Shown: positions 11,351 through 24,299, counted from the stretch's first letter. The stretch: DNA of 64,000 nt from Camelus ferus (GCF_009834535.1 NC_045707.1:48920001-48984000), one strand, 5' to 3'. A program made the numbers and translations. Notes: generated by a model from the sequence alone, not told the origin.

Positions 11351-11840
11351 GCAGGAAGCTTTTGTGCAGAATCCCTCTCTAGTCTTCAGTCCTGACCTGG
11401 ACGAGGAAAATCAGTCTCCCACCCCTCAACAGCTGGAAGAGGAAGAGGAGAAAAATGATGAGGAGGAGGAGGAGTGTGACGAGGAGGAGGAGTGTGACGA
11501 GGAGGAGTGTGATGGAAAGGAGTTGGAGAGCGATGAGGAGGATGAAGAGTCAGATACCAAGGATGAAGAGGAGGTGGAAGAGGCTGACTATGTGGGGGAG
11601 GAGGAGGAGGAGGAAGACGAGGAAGAGGAGGAGCAGGAGGAGGAGGAGATGGAAGAGGAGGGGCTGCAGGAGGATGAGCAGAGGGAGGAAGAGAATCATT
11701 TGCCTCTGGAAATGCCTTTATCAATCCTAGTGGGGGCTGAAGAAGAGAGAGAGAACTTTATTAACTGTACTTATTTAAGCCCCCAACAGATAATTCCCAA
11801 AGTCCCACAGGAGAGTCTCCTCATGGTACAGGACATTTAA
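10623..11840 (+). CDS. CCER1: Coiled-coil glutamate-rich protein 1 (intronless CDS, 405 aa, spermatid-expressed)
   Basis: MTQTLNTREDPLNLGGG start, Trp/Pro/Arg-rich N-half, CLCCCSCW, NTTQFIMNQIYEDMRQQEKLERQQEALRAQ coiled coil, long Glu-rich tract and HLPLEMPLSI...PKVPQESL end all match CCER1 as I recall it; syntenic with EPYC. Confidence 0.96.
   Translation: MTQTLNTREDPLNLGGGWASSAPLRTWSSCHRRRRGAPTYKRRQRYGPKAEYEPPRKQPKQQHGPGPWYHPPRRPCWAVYSNWGRWGGPWCPPPAGFWKPPGGVQVIRVYGLHPLCLCCCSCWRGPWNPGWARPPSRKKRWGHRGRGLRRHPRRPFRRSPPVDLSTLLRPVNLYGWRAPGMRAPRNTTQFIMNQIYEDMRQQEKLERQQEALRAQQAQARGMSSPAGTFGNAPPSGGEEDAELQEAFVQNPSLVFSPDLDEENQSPTPQQLEEEEEKNDEEEEECDEEEECDEEECDGKELESDEEDEESDTKDEEEVEEADYVGEEEEEEDEEEEEQEEEEMEEEGLQEDEQREEENHLPLEMPLSILVGAEEERENFINCTYLSPQQIIPKVPQESLLMVQDI
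11460..11513 (+). repeat. Coding tandem repeat (GAG)nTGTGAY x3 (EEEEECD-EEEECD-EEECD)
   Basis: Three consecutive units visible in both DNA and protein. Confidence 0.85.
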
Positions 11841-11942
11841 CTGTTAGACATCAGGAAAGGGGCAGAGGAATGGGATGGAACTGATCTGAGGCTAAAATGA
11901 TTTAGCAGCTTATTAAAGACCAATTAAAAAGTGAGTTCCATT

Positions 11943-11948
11943 AATAAA
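11943..11948 (+). terminator. CCER1: Candidate CCER1 polyadenylation signal
   Basis: AATAAA ~100 nt after the stop codon, preceded by two ATTAAA and followed by a GT-rich stretch (~11997-12033). Confidence 0.55.
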
Positions 11949-14900
11949 GATATCTATGTAAACCCCTTCTTTGGCCATTATAAAATGTTTAAAAACTTGG
12001 TGTGTTTGTGTATGACTGTGGGTGGGGGTGGGGGAGCTTTCCAATATAATTTAACTGGAAATGATTAAAGGCCAAATATTTTATTATTACAGTTTGAATA
12101 TTTTCATTTGGTGTTTTCCCCTCTAGATGCTTGAGGTTTTTTGTTTTTTAAATTCTGGCAATGCTGAAACTTGTTTCTTTTTATAACAAATGTATACATC
12201 TTATTTACTTAATGAGCCTGGAATCAACAGATATTTTTTGACTATTTCATGCCTGAGAAGGCTGTGCCATGTCTATTGTATGTCCATCAGTGCTCTTAAC
12301 ATGATAGCTGAAACCATTTTGAAATGCCTATTTTAATATATTTTTTTTCTTATAGACTTTCCACTTTCAGCATTCATTGCTGATGGTTGTGTTTTGGTAA
12401 CCCCGGGTGCAGTCTCTGGTGGCATTGCTCATGTATATTCCTTGTTCCACAGTGCTATGGATCTTCCTCAGAAGAACATGAAGTTGCTTCTGTGGAACTG
12501 GTTATCTGCCATGGCCTCAACAATCCATAAATCCATGCATGGAGAGGATTCCCCATGGTCAGAAGTCAACTTGCCCATCTAGTTAAAATCCAAGGTAACT
12601 GCAAACACTGGAACAGAGCTTAGATTTTGGAGCCTTGTTCCTAGATATATTTCTTGTCATAAGTTCACAAGAATAATAAAAATAGTTTTTGCAGAATGGA
12701 TTTTTAAAAAAAAAAAAAGATGATTGGCCTTTTGGGAGTGGAATTTTTTTTAAATTTCTTTTCCAGTTGTCTTCCTTATGAAGGAGAGTAAAACAAGTAT
12801 GTTGTAAGTGCAAGATGACATGAGCTACTTTGTAATGTCTAAACAATTTCCTGTGGAGAATTCATCATTCTAAATAACAGCTTCTATTCATTTTTAGGAA
12901 GTAACGCATTTCTTCTTGGGCCCTAAGTCTCATAACTTAATAAAGGTTCCAGCCACAGCGTATTTCCAGAACATCTCTAGATGAAGAATTTGAGCCTGTC
13001 TCCCCCAAAATTACATCTTTTGACAAACTGTACTTCTAGGTAGAGCTTGAACCACTATTCAGTATTTAGTGAAGAGAAGATTTTATCCATGACACTCAAT
13101 CACTAAATTTTAAGTATGTTCTTATTAAAGAAACACTTTCATTTAGGATTGAATTTCTTCACAATCACATCTGGACAATTCTCAAGTTATTCTTACGAAA
13201 GATTCCACTTTTCCATTACAGAATTCAGCACACATTAATTGCCTCCATATGCATGCAATATTATCCACAAGTCCTTGTAAAGGATGTAAACGTGAGCAGC
13301 GCCTCAGGAGTTTAGTTCATGAACCACTATTGTTTATAGAACTACTAGGGGCCAAGTGCTGCGAATAGTGATAAGGATACAACAGTGAATAAGGAAAATC
13401 CCCACTCTCATGTTGCTTGCCGTTTAGTCAATAGGACAGACAACTAAAATTAGACAAATTTAACTCACTGCAAAAACTCTGAAGGAAATGCACCATTATG
13501 AGAGTATATATCACAAGGGAACCCAAGAGTGAAGCTGGGGATGTTTACTGGGGACAGAGGGAGGCTAATAAAGGCCAGAGTTGGGAGGAGCTTGGGAGAA
13601 CTCAGGTGCCTCTGAGGAACTGAGGACAGAAGGACCAGAGTGTCCTGAAGGAGCAGCCAATGAGCAGTGAGAGAGGTAGGCAGAACCATATCTGCTCATT
13701 GCTATATTATCCGTATCTTCTGAATAGACACCAGCAAGAATTAATGAAAGGAGAAAACAGTCATTGGTGATTCTCTACCTGAACTCATTTTTTTATTATC
13801 CAGATAGTGTGATGGTCCCTTTAGTAAGCCTGAAGGCTGATATGAAAAGATGAAATCACGTCGGGGCACAGGAGGGTTGGTCATCCCAGTACACCTAGTC
13901 CACTTTTCAGAGAACTTCCCACCCACTACCACGTGATGACTGGGTCCTCGGGGTTGCTTCTCAGCGTGGTTGGAGCCCCACAGTTCTCAGCCCCACGGAG
14001 ACCCTCGCACTACTTGATTCAGGAGTATCAGTGTGTTAGTGTGGCTCTGAATAAACCCAGTCTTTAGCTTTAGAGGTAAGCACACTTGAAGGAAAATCAC
14101 AATTTCCCAAAATTCTCATAAAGTTATTTCAAACTTAATGAGTGGACACAATGCTAATGGGGTGTCACTTAGCCATGTCTCTCAAGAATGCAAGTATTTT
14201 CTTTTCAACTGTCAGAAAAACAACATAAATCATAAATATGTTTAGAAGGCGTAGGCTTGATAAAAATCTTTGCTATCTATTCTCGGGTGTTTTTACACTC
14301 AGAGATTTTGGTATTTTCCTTTCCAGTGATTGACAGCATTTCTTGATTTATCTTCATTACTTTGTTTCCACAGTAAATTAAAGGGATTTTTTTTCCCCTG
14401 TGAAAATATTAGTCTTCTAAGGATGGTAAATACACTTGACATTTAGAGATCAACTCTGAATTCTGAGTTCGGTTTCATAAAATGTTATAGTATCTGCATA
14501 TGCGGACAAGTCATTCCAACATATTTAGTTCCATTAAAATAAACACAAGAGGTGAAATAACCCAGCTACACCAGACTGGCAGAGTCTGGGAAGAAAATGA
14601 TACAAATAACACCCCATAGGTGGTCTTGGAGCAAGGGAGTGAACAGGATTAAAAAAAAAACCAGCTGCTTTAGTTTAATTTTGATTTTAGGGATATAATA
14701 AAATGATATATGCATCTAAGCTGTTTGTATTTAGACAGGTTCAAATTAATGTAATCACAATTGAAAACTGCTCTTAATATTAATGCTCCTGAATTACGTT
14801 GGCCTTGATTATCCATTCATTTAAAGCAAAATCAGAATGTGGCTTAGCTGTTTCAGTACTAGTATTTTTCTGCATCTATTTGGGTTTTAGCCAATTAATG

Positions 14901-15339
14901 GAACATAGCCTGACTTCAAGGTGAGCGGATGGAAGAGAGTCTAGGCATCATCTGTGTGTTGTCACTGCTGCTTGAGAGACTGATGGCGGAAGTCTTGAGT
15001 CTCTGTCATCCTCAAACGTAGCTGTCATACCCCATTACCACTCACATCTACCGTGAAGAACAAACAACTGAATATTTAAGAAGCATTTCATGGTAGACTG
15101 TAAATCACTGTTAACCATTATACAAAAACTATGTTTTATAATCAAAATTATCATCTCAGTTACTGAACATTAGGTCAGTCTAGATTCATTAACAAGACCC
15201 AGGAAATCTGATTGCAATTTTGTTGGACTGAGATATCTAGACATTACAGTTGTTATCACTAAACTAAACAGGAACCAGCTTGTCTTGGAAATTCAGTTTT
15301 GGCTTCCATTAAAGAGTGTACAAAGGCAGTGGCCTGGAC

Positions 15340-15505
15340 CTTAATACTGAAAGTATGGTCCAAGGACCAATGGTAGAGGCACCACCTGACACTTTGTTAG
15401 AAATGCCAATGCCCAGGCTCCACCCAGACCTACTGAGTTAGAAGCTGCCTTGCAGAAAGACGTCTAAGTGATATGTATGCACACTAAAGATGAAGCAGCT
15501 CTCTG
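15340..15505. mobile_element. MER5A-like hAT-Charlie MITE
   Basis: aagtatggtcc...ttgttagaaatgc...caggctccacccagacctactgagttagaa...tatgcacactaaag. Confidence 0.7.
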
Positions 15506-17548
15506 CTTTAGGGGTTTGATTCATTACAGAGCCCTCTTGGGAATTTAATGATTAACATTGAGGTTTGTGGGTTCAAAATTTTATTTAACACCTGTGTGAC
15601 TAAGGCATGTTCCTGAAATTTTGGCTTATTTTCCTCATCTGTAGTATCTATCTATCTCATGGGATTAAATGAGATTATGATGATTAAATGGGTCAATATT
15701 TACCAAACACTCAGAACAGTGATATTTAGTATCTATCAGTTATAATAATATTTAATAAATGCACACATGAGACCGCTGACACATTATGTGGTATGTAAAA
15801 GTCAGTTTTTAGTAATTAGGGCAACTATAAATGCAATATCTCACGAAATAATTGACAAAATGATTCATTAACTGTCTTGTTTTCTCTTGGAAAACTGCAA
15901 TCAGGTATATTACTTTGAATTGCACATATCATAAGGACCAATTAAATCTCTAAAGCTGGATTCATTCCCCAAATACACTTTCTGTCCTTTATCTCCTCCC
16001 CTTACCACCGGGTCATGATGTTTCCTTTCTTTGTATGGCAAACATTGATACCCAAATAGCTCCTGCTAAGAATTACTCACTCAAGTCAAGATCGTCCTTC
16101 CCCATACAGGAAAAGCATCTCTTCAAAGTCAAAACGCATGTATCATAATGCTTAAAGAAGGTTCTGTCTTATGCTGCTCCTGATGACAGTGAAAATTCCA
16201 ATAAATGTTAAAATCCTGTTACAAGCCACTTGCGTAGAACATCAGGCTATTCACAACAGAGATCTAAAATTTCAAACAACATTTAAGCATATGCAAGACT
16301 TTAGCATACATTATCACATATAACTACACTATGAACCAATGCTTTATTTCCCTTTTACAGATGAAGGACCTGAAATTAAAAGAAGTAAATGGTTTCAGGA
16401 CCTAAAGTCTAGGTCCAAAGTTGTGGGTCCACTATATTAATGGAACATATCTCCCTGTTATCTTATTTAAATAATCTTTCTAGGAACAAAATTTCCTTTA
16501 ATAAGCTTGACTTGAGTTCCAAAGACGGTAGAAAAAAAAGAGAGTCTCTTCAATGTGGGGCTGCACGCCAGGCAACCAATGGTACCTAAGGAAGGAATAC
16601 TGACATCTGTGTCTCAATTGTAATTTTTAGTAGTAGTTTAACAGCTTATATAATTCATATGATGACAATCTGACAATTGTTGATTAATACCTTTATGTGT
16701 GTGCCAATATACACATATTTGGTAGGAAAAAAATATCTGAGTGGAAAAAATTAGTCTAAGTTATTGTGGCGCTAGTCATCTACAGTTAGAGCAAAATAAA
16801 AATTTTACTTTAGAAAAATATTCATAAGAATTTATAGGTGTATAAGATAACTGATTAACATTCATAATGCTAACACATCATTGAAGGTTCTGTCTTATGC
16901 TAGCCCTAAAGAAAAACTATTGATATTAGCATCTTCTCATGTTTTCATATGGCATTTGAACTTTCTATAAATGATCGATATATCTGTTATCATGAAATAC
17001 TTGAGTATTCTCTCCTATAAATATATTTAGACTTTTAACATGTCCCTTTTAGTTCTAGTGATTTAAGACTTTAAACTGGTATTAATTTATCAGTTCTCGC
17101 AAAAATCGCTACTATATTAGGTAATTCATATGACATTTTTCATTAAACAGCACTCTACCAAAAGCAAAATTAGAATTCTGCTATATATAATCGTACTTTT
17201 TATAATTTCCATTGATTGTAACATTTCCTTGAGCTGAAAGATTATTATATACAGTGACAAGCTGAGGTCAACACTAAATATGTTTACCCCTGCTTCCAGT
17301 GGATTTTCCAAAGTCAATGCTAATTTTTTATTTTTTCCTGAAAAAAAGGGAATATTTTGTTTTCCTTTTGCTTATAAATTTTTAATGAATTCCACACTAT
17401 TTCCTGCAATAAACCCATGACCTCAGAGTATATACTAGCACAAATATTCAAATACAAAGCAAAGTTAATAAAACTAACTTTCCTTTCTCTCATTTACTTT
17501 CTATCTTGCTTCTTATGCAGAACATAAGCTTGACAACTATTAATATTT

Positions 17549-17567
17549 AGGTGCCACCTAGTGGCAA
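17549..17567 (-). promoter_or_regulatory. CTCF motif (reverse)
   Basis: Reverse complement TTGCCACTAGGTGGCACCT matches the CTCF core. Confidence 0.68.
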
Positions 17568-20500
17568 AGGTAAAACATTTAAATAAAAACATTAATGATC
17601 ACTGTGTTCCTATTGTATCTACACATTTGGAGCAGGACAAATGGTACACTGATACATTAAAGGGAGTATTGTAAATGTGTTGGCACAAAGAACCATATTA
17701 AAATATTTATATTGTTTATTTGAATGTGTTCCCATATGCCGTGGTGTTTAATAATAGCATCTTTTTGCCCTATGAATCTAAGCCATAAATATAAACTGTC
17801 AAAGTTTGTAAATGAAGGAGGAAAAACTACAGACCCACAAGAGTCCTTGGATTTCTACAGACTGTCATTTATAATAATTTTACACTGTAAATAAAAGTTT
17901 AAAGGCATTACTACAAAGAGTCTATTTTGAATTCCCTTTGACATTAACCCCACTGATTAACATTAGCAATCTGTACTGACAGTATGTGTGTTTTGCTTTT
18001 AATACTGACAACAGAAAAGAAAATTAACAAATTTGGAATTTATCTTTATATGCTTGAATATTAAATCCAAATTGCTAAACTAAATAATGCTTAAAGCTTT
18101 AATCCTGAGAAATAAAAATGAGAATATATGTCCATTGGCCTAGATTTAAATGCAAGACTTGTGATAGTCAATTACCTCCTGGGACTTGAGCATCATGTAA
18201 TTTATTAATGATCACAGCCACTAATAAGAGCAGAATTTGTTAGGGAAAGAAGCAAAACCTGTTTATTTGTAGGTCTGGTATCCAGAGGATACTTTATACT
18301 TTATTACTGCCTTATTTCCAGCTCTTTCCAGCTGTTTAACCACTTCTATTGGGAGCATAAATCAGTGCTAAGGATTGGCTCTGCCTCAGACTGAGACAGT
18401 TTCCACATTTACAACTTAGTCATGCATTCATCAATCGTCCCAGAGTAGATTCTTCTCTTTATATTTCCCTCACATTCACTCCATTAATAATTCCATTATC
18501 CTTCGAAAATTATAGCTGTCTGTGATTCTTTTCTGCCTAGAAAAATCTATAGGGTAAGGAACTGATTTTCTATTTCCAGTGCAGAGTCTTGCATATAAGA
18601 AGCCCTCAATAAACAGCTTTAATATAAAAAAATAAAACTACATCTATAAAATGAATTGTGATTATTAGGTAGTTCCAACAGGGAAGCATAGTGACTTATT
18701 AAGTGCGTACTAAAATCACTTTCAGTAGGAAAACATAAAGAAGAGTCAGCAAGGAAGAAGCTGTTAAAGTAGCAGGTACCCAACCACATCTCTGGCACCC
18801 TGAACTGTGTTATACAATAGACTGGTCCTCACAGATAGACAGAGCCTCATGGAACTGAACACAGAATCTTTTACTGTCAGAAGGAAGTTTTTGGCTCCAA
18901 CATGCTGGGTCACAGGATCATGAGTATGAACCTCCATGATAATGCTCACAGCAATGATTCTCCTCTAAAGTGCACCTGAAAATACATTTTATTATAACTC
19001 TGCAACTTAAAATACGTGGTTTAGAAATTTGAAACAGCCAACACTTATTTTATTCCATGTTTAAACCAGCATTTGTTGAGCCCTTACCCTGTGCCAGGGC
19101 CTGGGCTAAAAACATATGCTTAGCTTATCAATGAGAGAGCAGATGCTAAGAGCTATTGAGCACCTTAGCAGAGTCACACAGCTAGTGGGTGACAGAGACT
19201 GGAAGCCACACGGTTTGTTTCCTTATAGCATTTACTCTGTGAAGTGGATGGGAGTAGGGTGAAATTTTAAATTCAGTCCAGATTATTCAAGGATATAACT
19301 CTGAGTCAATATTCAAAGTCAAATGTTTGCAGTCATACTGCGTATTGTAATTCCGTTCTGGAAAAATGCTGAGTCTCAGTAATTGATGTCCAAAGGTTCA
19401 GTGATAAATTATTTATGGGATGAGAGGTTTCAAAGAGAGAAAAGAAGCAGAGTGCAAAACTGAGCTAGAATATTCACATCATTAGAGACGTTTCCTGGCC
19501 CCGTTCCCTTTTCTTCTAAGGTGAAAGTAAGGTGAAAGGTGAAAGCTCACTCTGATTACAGAATTCCTAATTCTCTAAATTAGGAATCATCTGTCACTAA
19601 TGGAAGTGGGTGGAAATGAAAAATTGCTAGCTGCTGGCAGGAGAAGAGCCTGAGGGCTGCAACATGGCAGTCACAGTTAGGGGCAAAAGAGTAAATACAG
19701 TATAAAAAGTAAAGGCAGTAGCCAATAGAACGGGGTCAATTGAAAGCATCTGGGTCTAATGAAGAATCCAAGTGTAAAAGCTGAGAAAGGTTTGCCATAA
19801 GGAAGGTATCAGGAATTAGAGTAAGAATCTAAATAGGAAATGTGGATGAAACAAAAAGAAGTAAGAGCTTAGCTAGGAATAATTCTACATAAGGTACTAC
19901 AATGCCTGTGTCCTAAGATTACCAACAGACTCAGCCATATGTATGGGCAAAAGAAGGGCATTTACATCTTGGTGTACCTTTAAAGCCCACTTTCCTTAAA
20001 ATAGTTTCTACTGGTCAATGGCATGTTCATGGTCTGTCTAGCTAGTGTAAACATCTCACCTTAAGCTTCCGTACACCTTTAGTTTAAGACAAATTTTATC
20101 CTAATAAGTCATCTATTAGATCTGTATATATCAGGAGAGAGTTGGCAATTAATAATGCCTGATGAATATATTAGCCTGGATTCGTTTATTCAGCATGGCA
20201 AAGTTGCTGCTTTGAGGGAAAGAGGGCCTGTAAAGGAATAGAACAGGGTTAAGATTCGCTGGGGATTCAAATAGCATGATGCATTGATGATGAAGGTTAG
20301 GAGGAGAAAGCTCACTGGATTAGACTACATATGCAAGACAGCTCCACAAGGGTTTTGTTAAAATCCTGGAGGTCAAGTATGTTTTAGAATGCAGAATTTT
20401 TCAGCATTTAGGGTGTTCATTATCATTAGCCATCTTTACATGAAAACTATAGGACACTCAATTTTAGACTCATAACACATTTTGTACTTTTGCAAGCACA

Positions 20501-20714
20501 AGTTAATCTGTGTAAATGAATTTAACATATCTTAGGGGTATTACAAGTGGGCTGACAAGATATTTACATAAGTTTACTAGGCAGTGATCAAATGTCAAGT
20601 TTAGTTATCCAGGTAGATAAATTTACAATCCATCTTAATGTATTTAAGAATCTTTTCTATTCCATTAGCAAAGTTACTACTCATTCCTAAGATATTTCTG
20701 TATAATTATGTGAT

Positions 20715-20845
20715 TATATATATATATACGTCATTTTATATTATAGAATATAATTATTATCAATATTATATTATATAATATAAATATATAACATATAAAA
20801 TATATTATATGTAATATATATAACATTATATATATTATATAATAA
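20715..20845. repeat. AT-rich low-complexity (TA)n-like tract
   Basis: Degenerate TATA/ATAATAT repeats. Confidence 0.85.
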
Positions 20846-22315
20846 CGACTTTGCATAGTAGTTCCCTTTGGTGGCCATTATTTGTTGATTACCTATAAAG
20901 ATGCTTAGGCTAGGATAACCTAAAAAGAGATGAGAATAATTTATATTTGCCTTACAAATGTTAATTATGCCTTCTACAGTAGATTAACTTCTTTTCTTTA
21001 AATTATGTTTTTCTCTTTTCTTGGCAGGGGAGTGGTATCTTAAATAAACCCACATATAAAGCAGCAGGTAGGACTTTGGAGACCCTTCATTCATTCGTTT
21101 ATCCATTGTGCTTTGTTTCCCTCCTAAATGTTGGGCATTCTGTATATCCTAAGTGCTACAGATAACATCGAAGGGTTATTGTCAAAATATTTAACTACTG
21201 ATACTATGCCTACCAATTAACCAGAACAGACACTGACCAAATAGTACCCTGGAAATGACTACATATAAAGCAGTCTCTGCTTCCAAGGAGCTTACCATTT
21301 ACTGGGGAAGACTGAGGAATTAATAGCTAAACAGTATGACCAACTGATCTAATGAGGGTAAACACAAGACAATAAAACTTCTTCCTTCAAATAATCCATA
21401 AAGCTGTTTTCTCCCTATTTAAACTTTTGCCTACTGTATATAATTCTTGATACATTAAAAACTCACAATCCAGAAGCATCTAATTAACCCAAAATTGTTC
21501 ATCTTCAGAACATACTGATTTAACTCAAAATTAGTTTTTAAGGATTTTTCGGAGAGAGTTAACTTTTGAAGATAGCCACTTTTTTTTTTTTAAATAGGAC
21601 ATACATTTCTCAAAGTTACTAAATCATCCCTTTAAACCTACCTTTAAGATTTGTTGCTTTCTTTCAAGTTCCCATATTTATAATATAGCATGTAAAGATT
21701 ACTACATGAATCATATTTCATATTGAATGTGCTTTCAGAAAATGTAGTGATTCCAAAACATCAGAAACTGAAGCAAAGAAAAATAGCCCATTTTTACCTG
21801 AATCAACCAACTAAATTATCTCCCACTCCACTTGCTCTGATTTGGGACCCAGTCATAAATGCTCCGAAGCAAATGAGTTTAAGGAGAAAAAAAAGTTTGT
21901 TCATTTCCAAGACTTAATTGAGATAGAAATCTTTGACATGTTAGGCTCAAACATTTTCAGGATTCTAATTAAAATTTGTGACTACTTTAAAATTAAAGAA
22001 TTTTCCCCAAATGTAATTTTAATCCCTGTAATCAAATGTCAGGATATCTATTTTCTAAATATATTTCTAGATACAGAGGAAAAAGAAGTCAAGCCCTAAT
22101 ACATAAGCAGAAGCTATATGCAGTTCTAATGTTTAGGAATCAGTATAAAGTTAGGCATAAATACATATTCTAGGCCCACCAGTTAGTTGGGTTTCATAGG
22201 TGGCCTACCTCATTTACTGAAATATGAGAACATCTTACATGTTTTTATTCTTAAATACGTCACCAGGAATTATGCAGCATGTGTGGTGCATTGCAGATGT
22301 TGCTTTAACTCATAA

Positions 22316-22334
22316 TTTCCCCTAGGTGGCGATC
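22316..22334 (+). promoter_or_regulatory. Weaker CTCF-like motif (forward)
   Basis: CCCCTAGGTGGCGA; mismatches at two core positions. Confidence 0.35.
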
Positions 22335-22442
22335 TTTTCAAAGAAGCGTTGCCTGAACCTCCACCTAAAAGAATAATAGAGCTGGTGGCACCTAATATTT
22401 ATACCTTATCCTAGCTGATGGTTTCATCTCTATCGGGAGAAA

Positions 22443-22471
22443 ACACACACACACACACGCACACACACACA
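22443..22471. repeat. (CA)n microsatellite
   Basis: acacacacacacacacgcacacacacaca. Confidence 0.9.
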
Positions 22472-22996
22472 ATTTGAGGATACTATTGTTTCGAATTCTG
22501 CCTCCAAAATCTCACAAAACTGAGGACATAAAGTGTTACCTACTTTAAATACACGTTTGAGAAAAAGACATTTCAAAACATTAGTTTGCATTAAGCTGGG
22601 GTTTTAATTAACCCAGGAGGTGACTGAAACATTTTACTCAAATTTTAGTTTCTGGATTGTCTAAAACTCTTTTCTAAAATTCTGAGATTATTAATTAATG
22701 AAATGCTTCATTGATCTCTTCGGATTTTTTCTCACACTCTCTTGTGGGTATTTCACTCGTAAATGAGACAAAGTGGGTAAGCAGGGCTAAGCCTACAGAC
22801 ATTTTAGACTCTTCCATAATATACTGAAAAATAGAGACAATAACATAGAAAAAGAGACTACATAAAATAAATGTAAAAAAAGATATACAGTGAAAAATAT
22901 TCTAAAATTCACGAAGATACAATCTTTTTTTCCTCTTCCCACATTCTTCTTACCCTGATAATCTCCTAAGACGCTCACCTATTCACACTCAAGTTT

Positions 22997-23021
22997 TGTG
23001 TGTGTGTGTGTGTGTGTGTGT
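22997..23021. repeat. (TG)n microsatellite
   Basis: Perfect run of about 12 TG units. Confidence 0.9.
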
Positions 23022-24299
23022 AAACTTAGCTTTCCTCTACTTTGGAATTTCACCTTTCATTTTTGCTCTGTTTGTGTTTAAATTTTTCATTGTTCCATCT
23101 TAAGGTTTAATCTTCAAGAGATGTAGGGGTGGCAATGAAGCATGATTCCAGCATCTCTTTCCCTTCTAAATGCTGTCTCAGAATAATTTGAAATATCCTA
23201 TAATCCTCCAAAAGAACAAATGGATATAGAATTTAAGTACCAATTAATATTCATGTAGCTATTTGCAAGGTAAGTTCACTTTATATATTTGAACACTTTT
23301 AACAATCTTGGGCAGTCAGAAAAGCAGGAACTGTCACTACAGATAAACTCTGAAGAAATTAAGGTCTTTAATCAGGGTTAAAAACTGAGAAGCCAGCAAT
23401 CAAAGCCTGTTCTTTTTCCTTTGTAGGTTCCACAGGTTTTGGCTGTATCCAGCTCTTGGCAATGACACCCAAATTCTGTCCCCTCTGCCTTCCCTTGGCT
23501 GCCACCTGCCCACACATACTACAAGTTTACTGTTGTATCCCATGAGAGGAGCTGTTTCAAGTTTGAAGGGAAGTTTCTCTAGCTAAATGGCCCCTGGATC
23601 GATCGAACGTCTCAGCTTTCTGTTTGGTACCCTGAGTGGAGGCCATCAGCAATAAAGGTGAGCTCTGGCTTTCAGTGCACTCACACTAAAACTTTTCCCT
23701 GAGTTTCCTTTGGCTCTTTGACAGGGTAATTTCCATGTCTCTGGACACTGCTCAAAATACAAAGTCCACCATCCCCTGATATCTCAGTTTATAATCCCTC
23801 CTCCCTTCTGCCCTGAAGACTCATTGATGTCCCGTCTCTCTCACCCCTCTTCTCATCATTGCCCTCCTATAATCTTTCCCTCGTTACCTTCGGAAACCTC
23901 GGATCAGGACCAGCTACGTCACTTACATTTGCAGGGCCCACTGCAAATGTAAATGTAGGCCTCCTTGTGCAAAAGGCAGGGGGTGGGGAGCCTTTTTCTT
24001 TTCTTCTGGGATCTCTCTCTAAACCTATTCTCATGGTTTTTCTTATTACCAGTGTCATGCTCCCTCAGATAAGGGGCGAAGATAGACTTGCACAGGAACC
24101 TGAGTCCTGCTCCGCAACTGTGAGTGTGGGGCTTGTATTCCTGGTCCCCACCCCTCCCCACGCCTGTATCTAGGTCCCCTGGAGGTGGCAGCAGTCACTG
24201 GGCAGTGGGGTCAGGGCAGAGGGAGCAGGTGACTGAGATCTTGCCCAAGGAGGCAAGACAACAGGTGATCTGAGGTTCTAAGCCCCCTGTGAGTTCTCT

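Noticed and set aside
9965..11730. Many overlapping ORFs on both strands around CCER1
   Set aside because: Expected from stop-codon scarcity in GC-rich and GAG-repeat sequence; no recognisable proteins, and several start at non-ATG codons.
19516..19590. GGTGAAAG x3 and a 10-bp stem hairpin (19563-19587)
   Set aside because: Short enough to arise by slippage or chance in AT-rich DNA; no supporting context.
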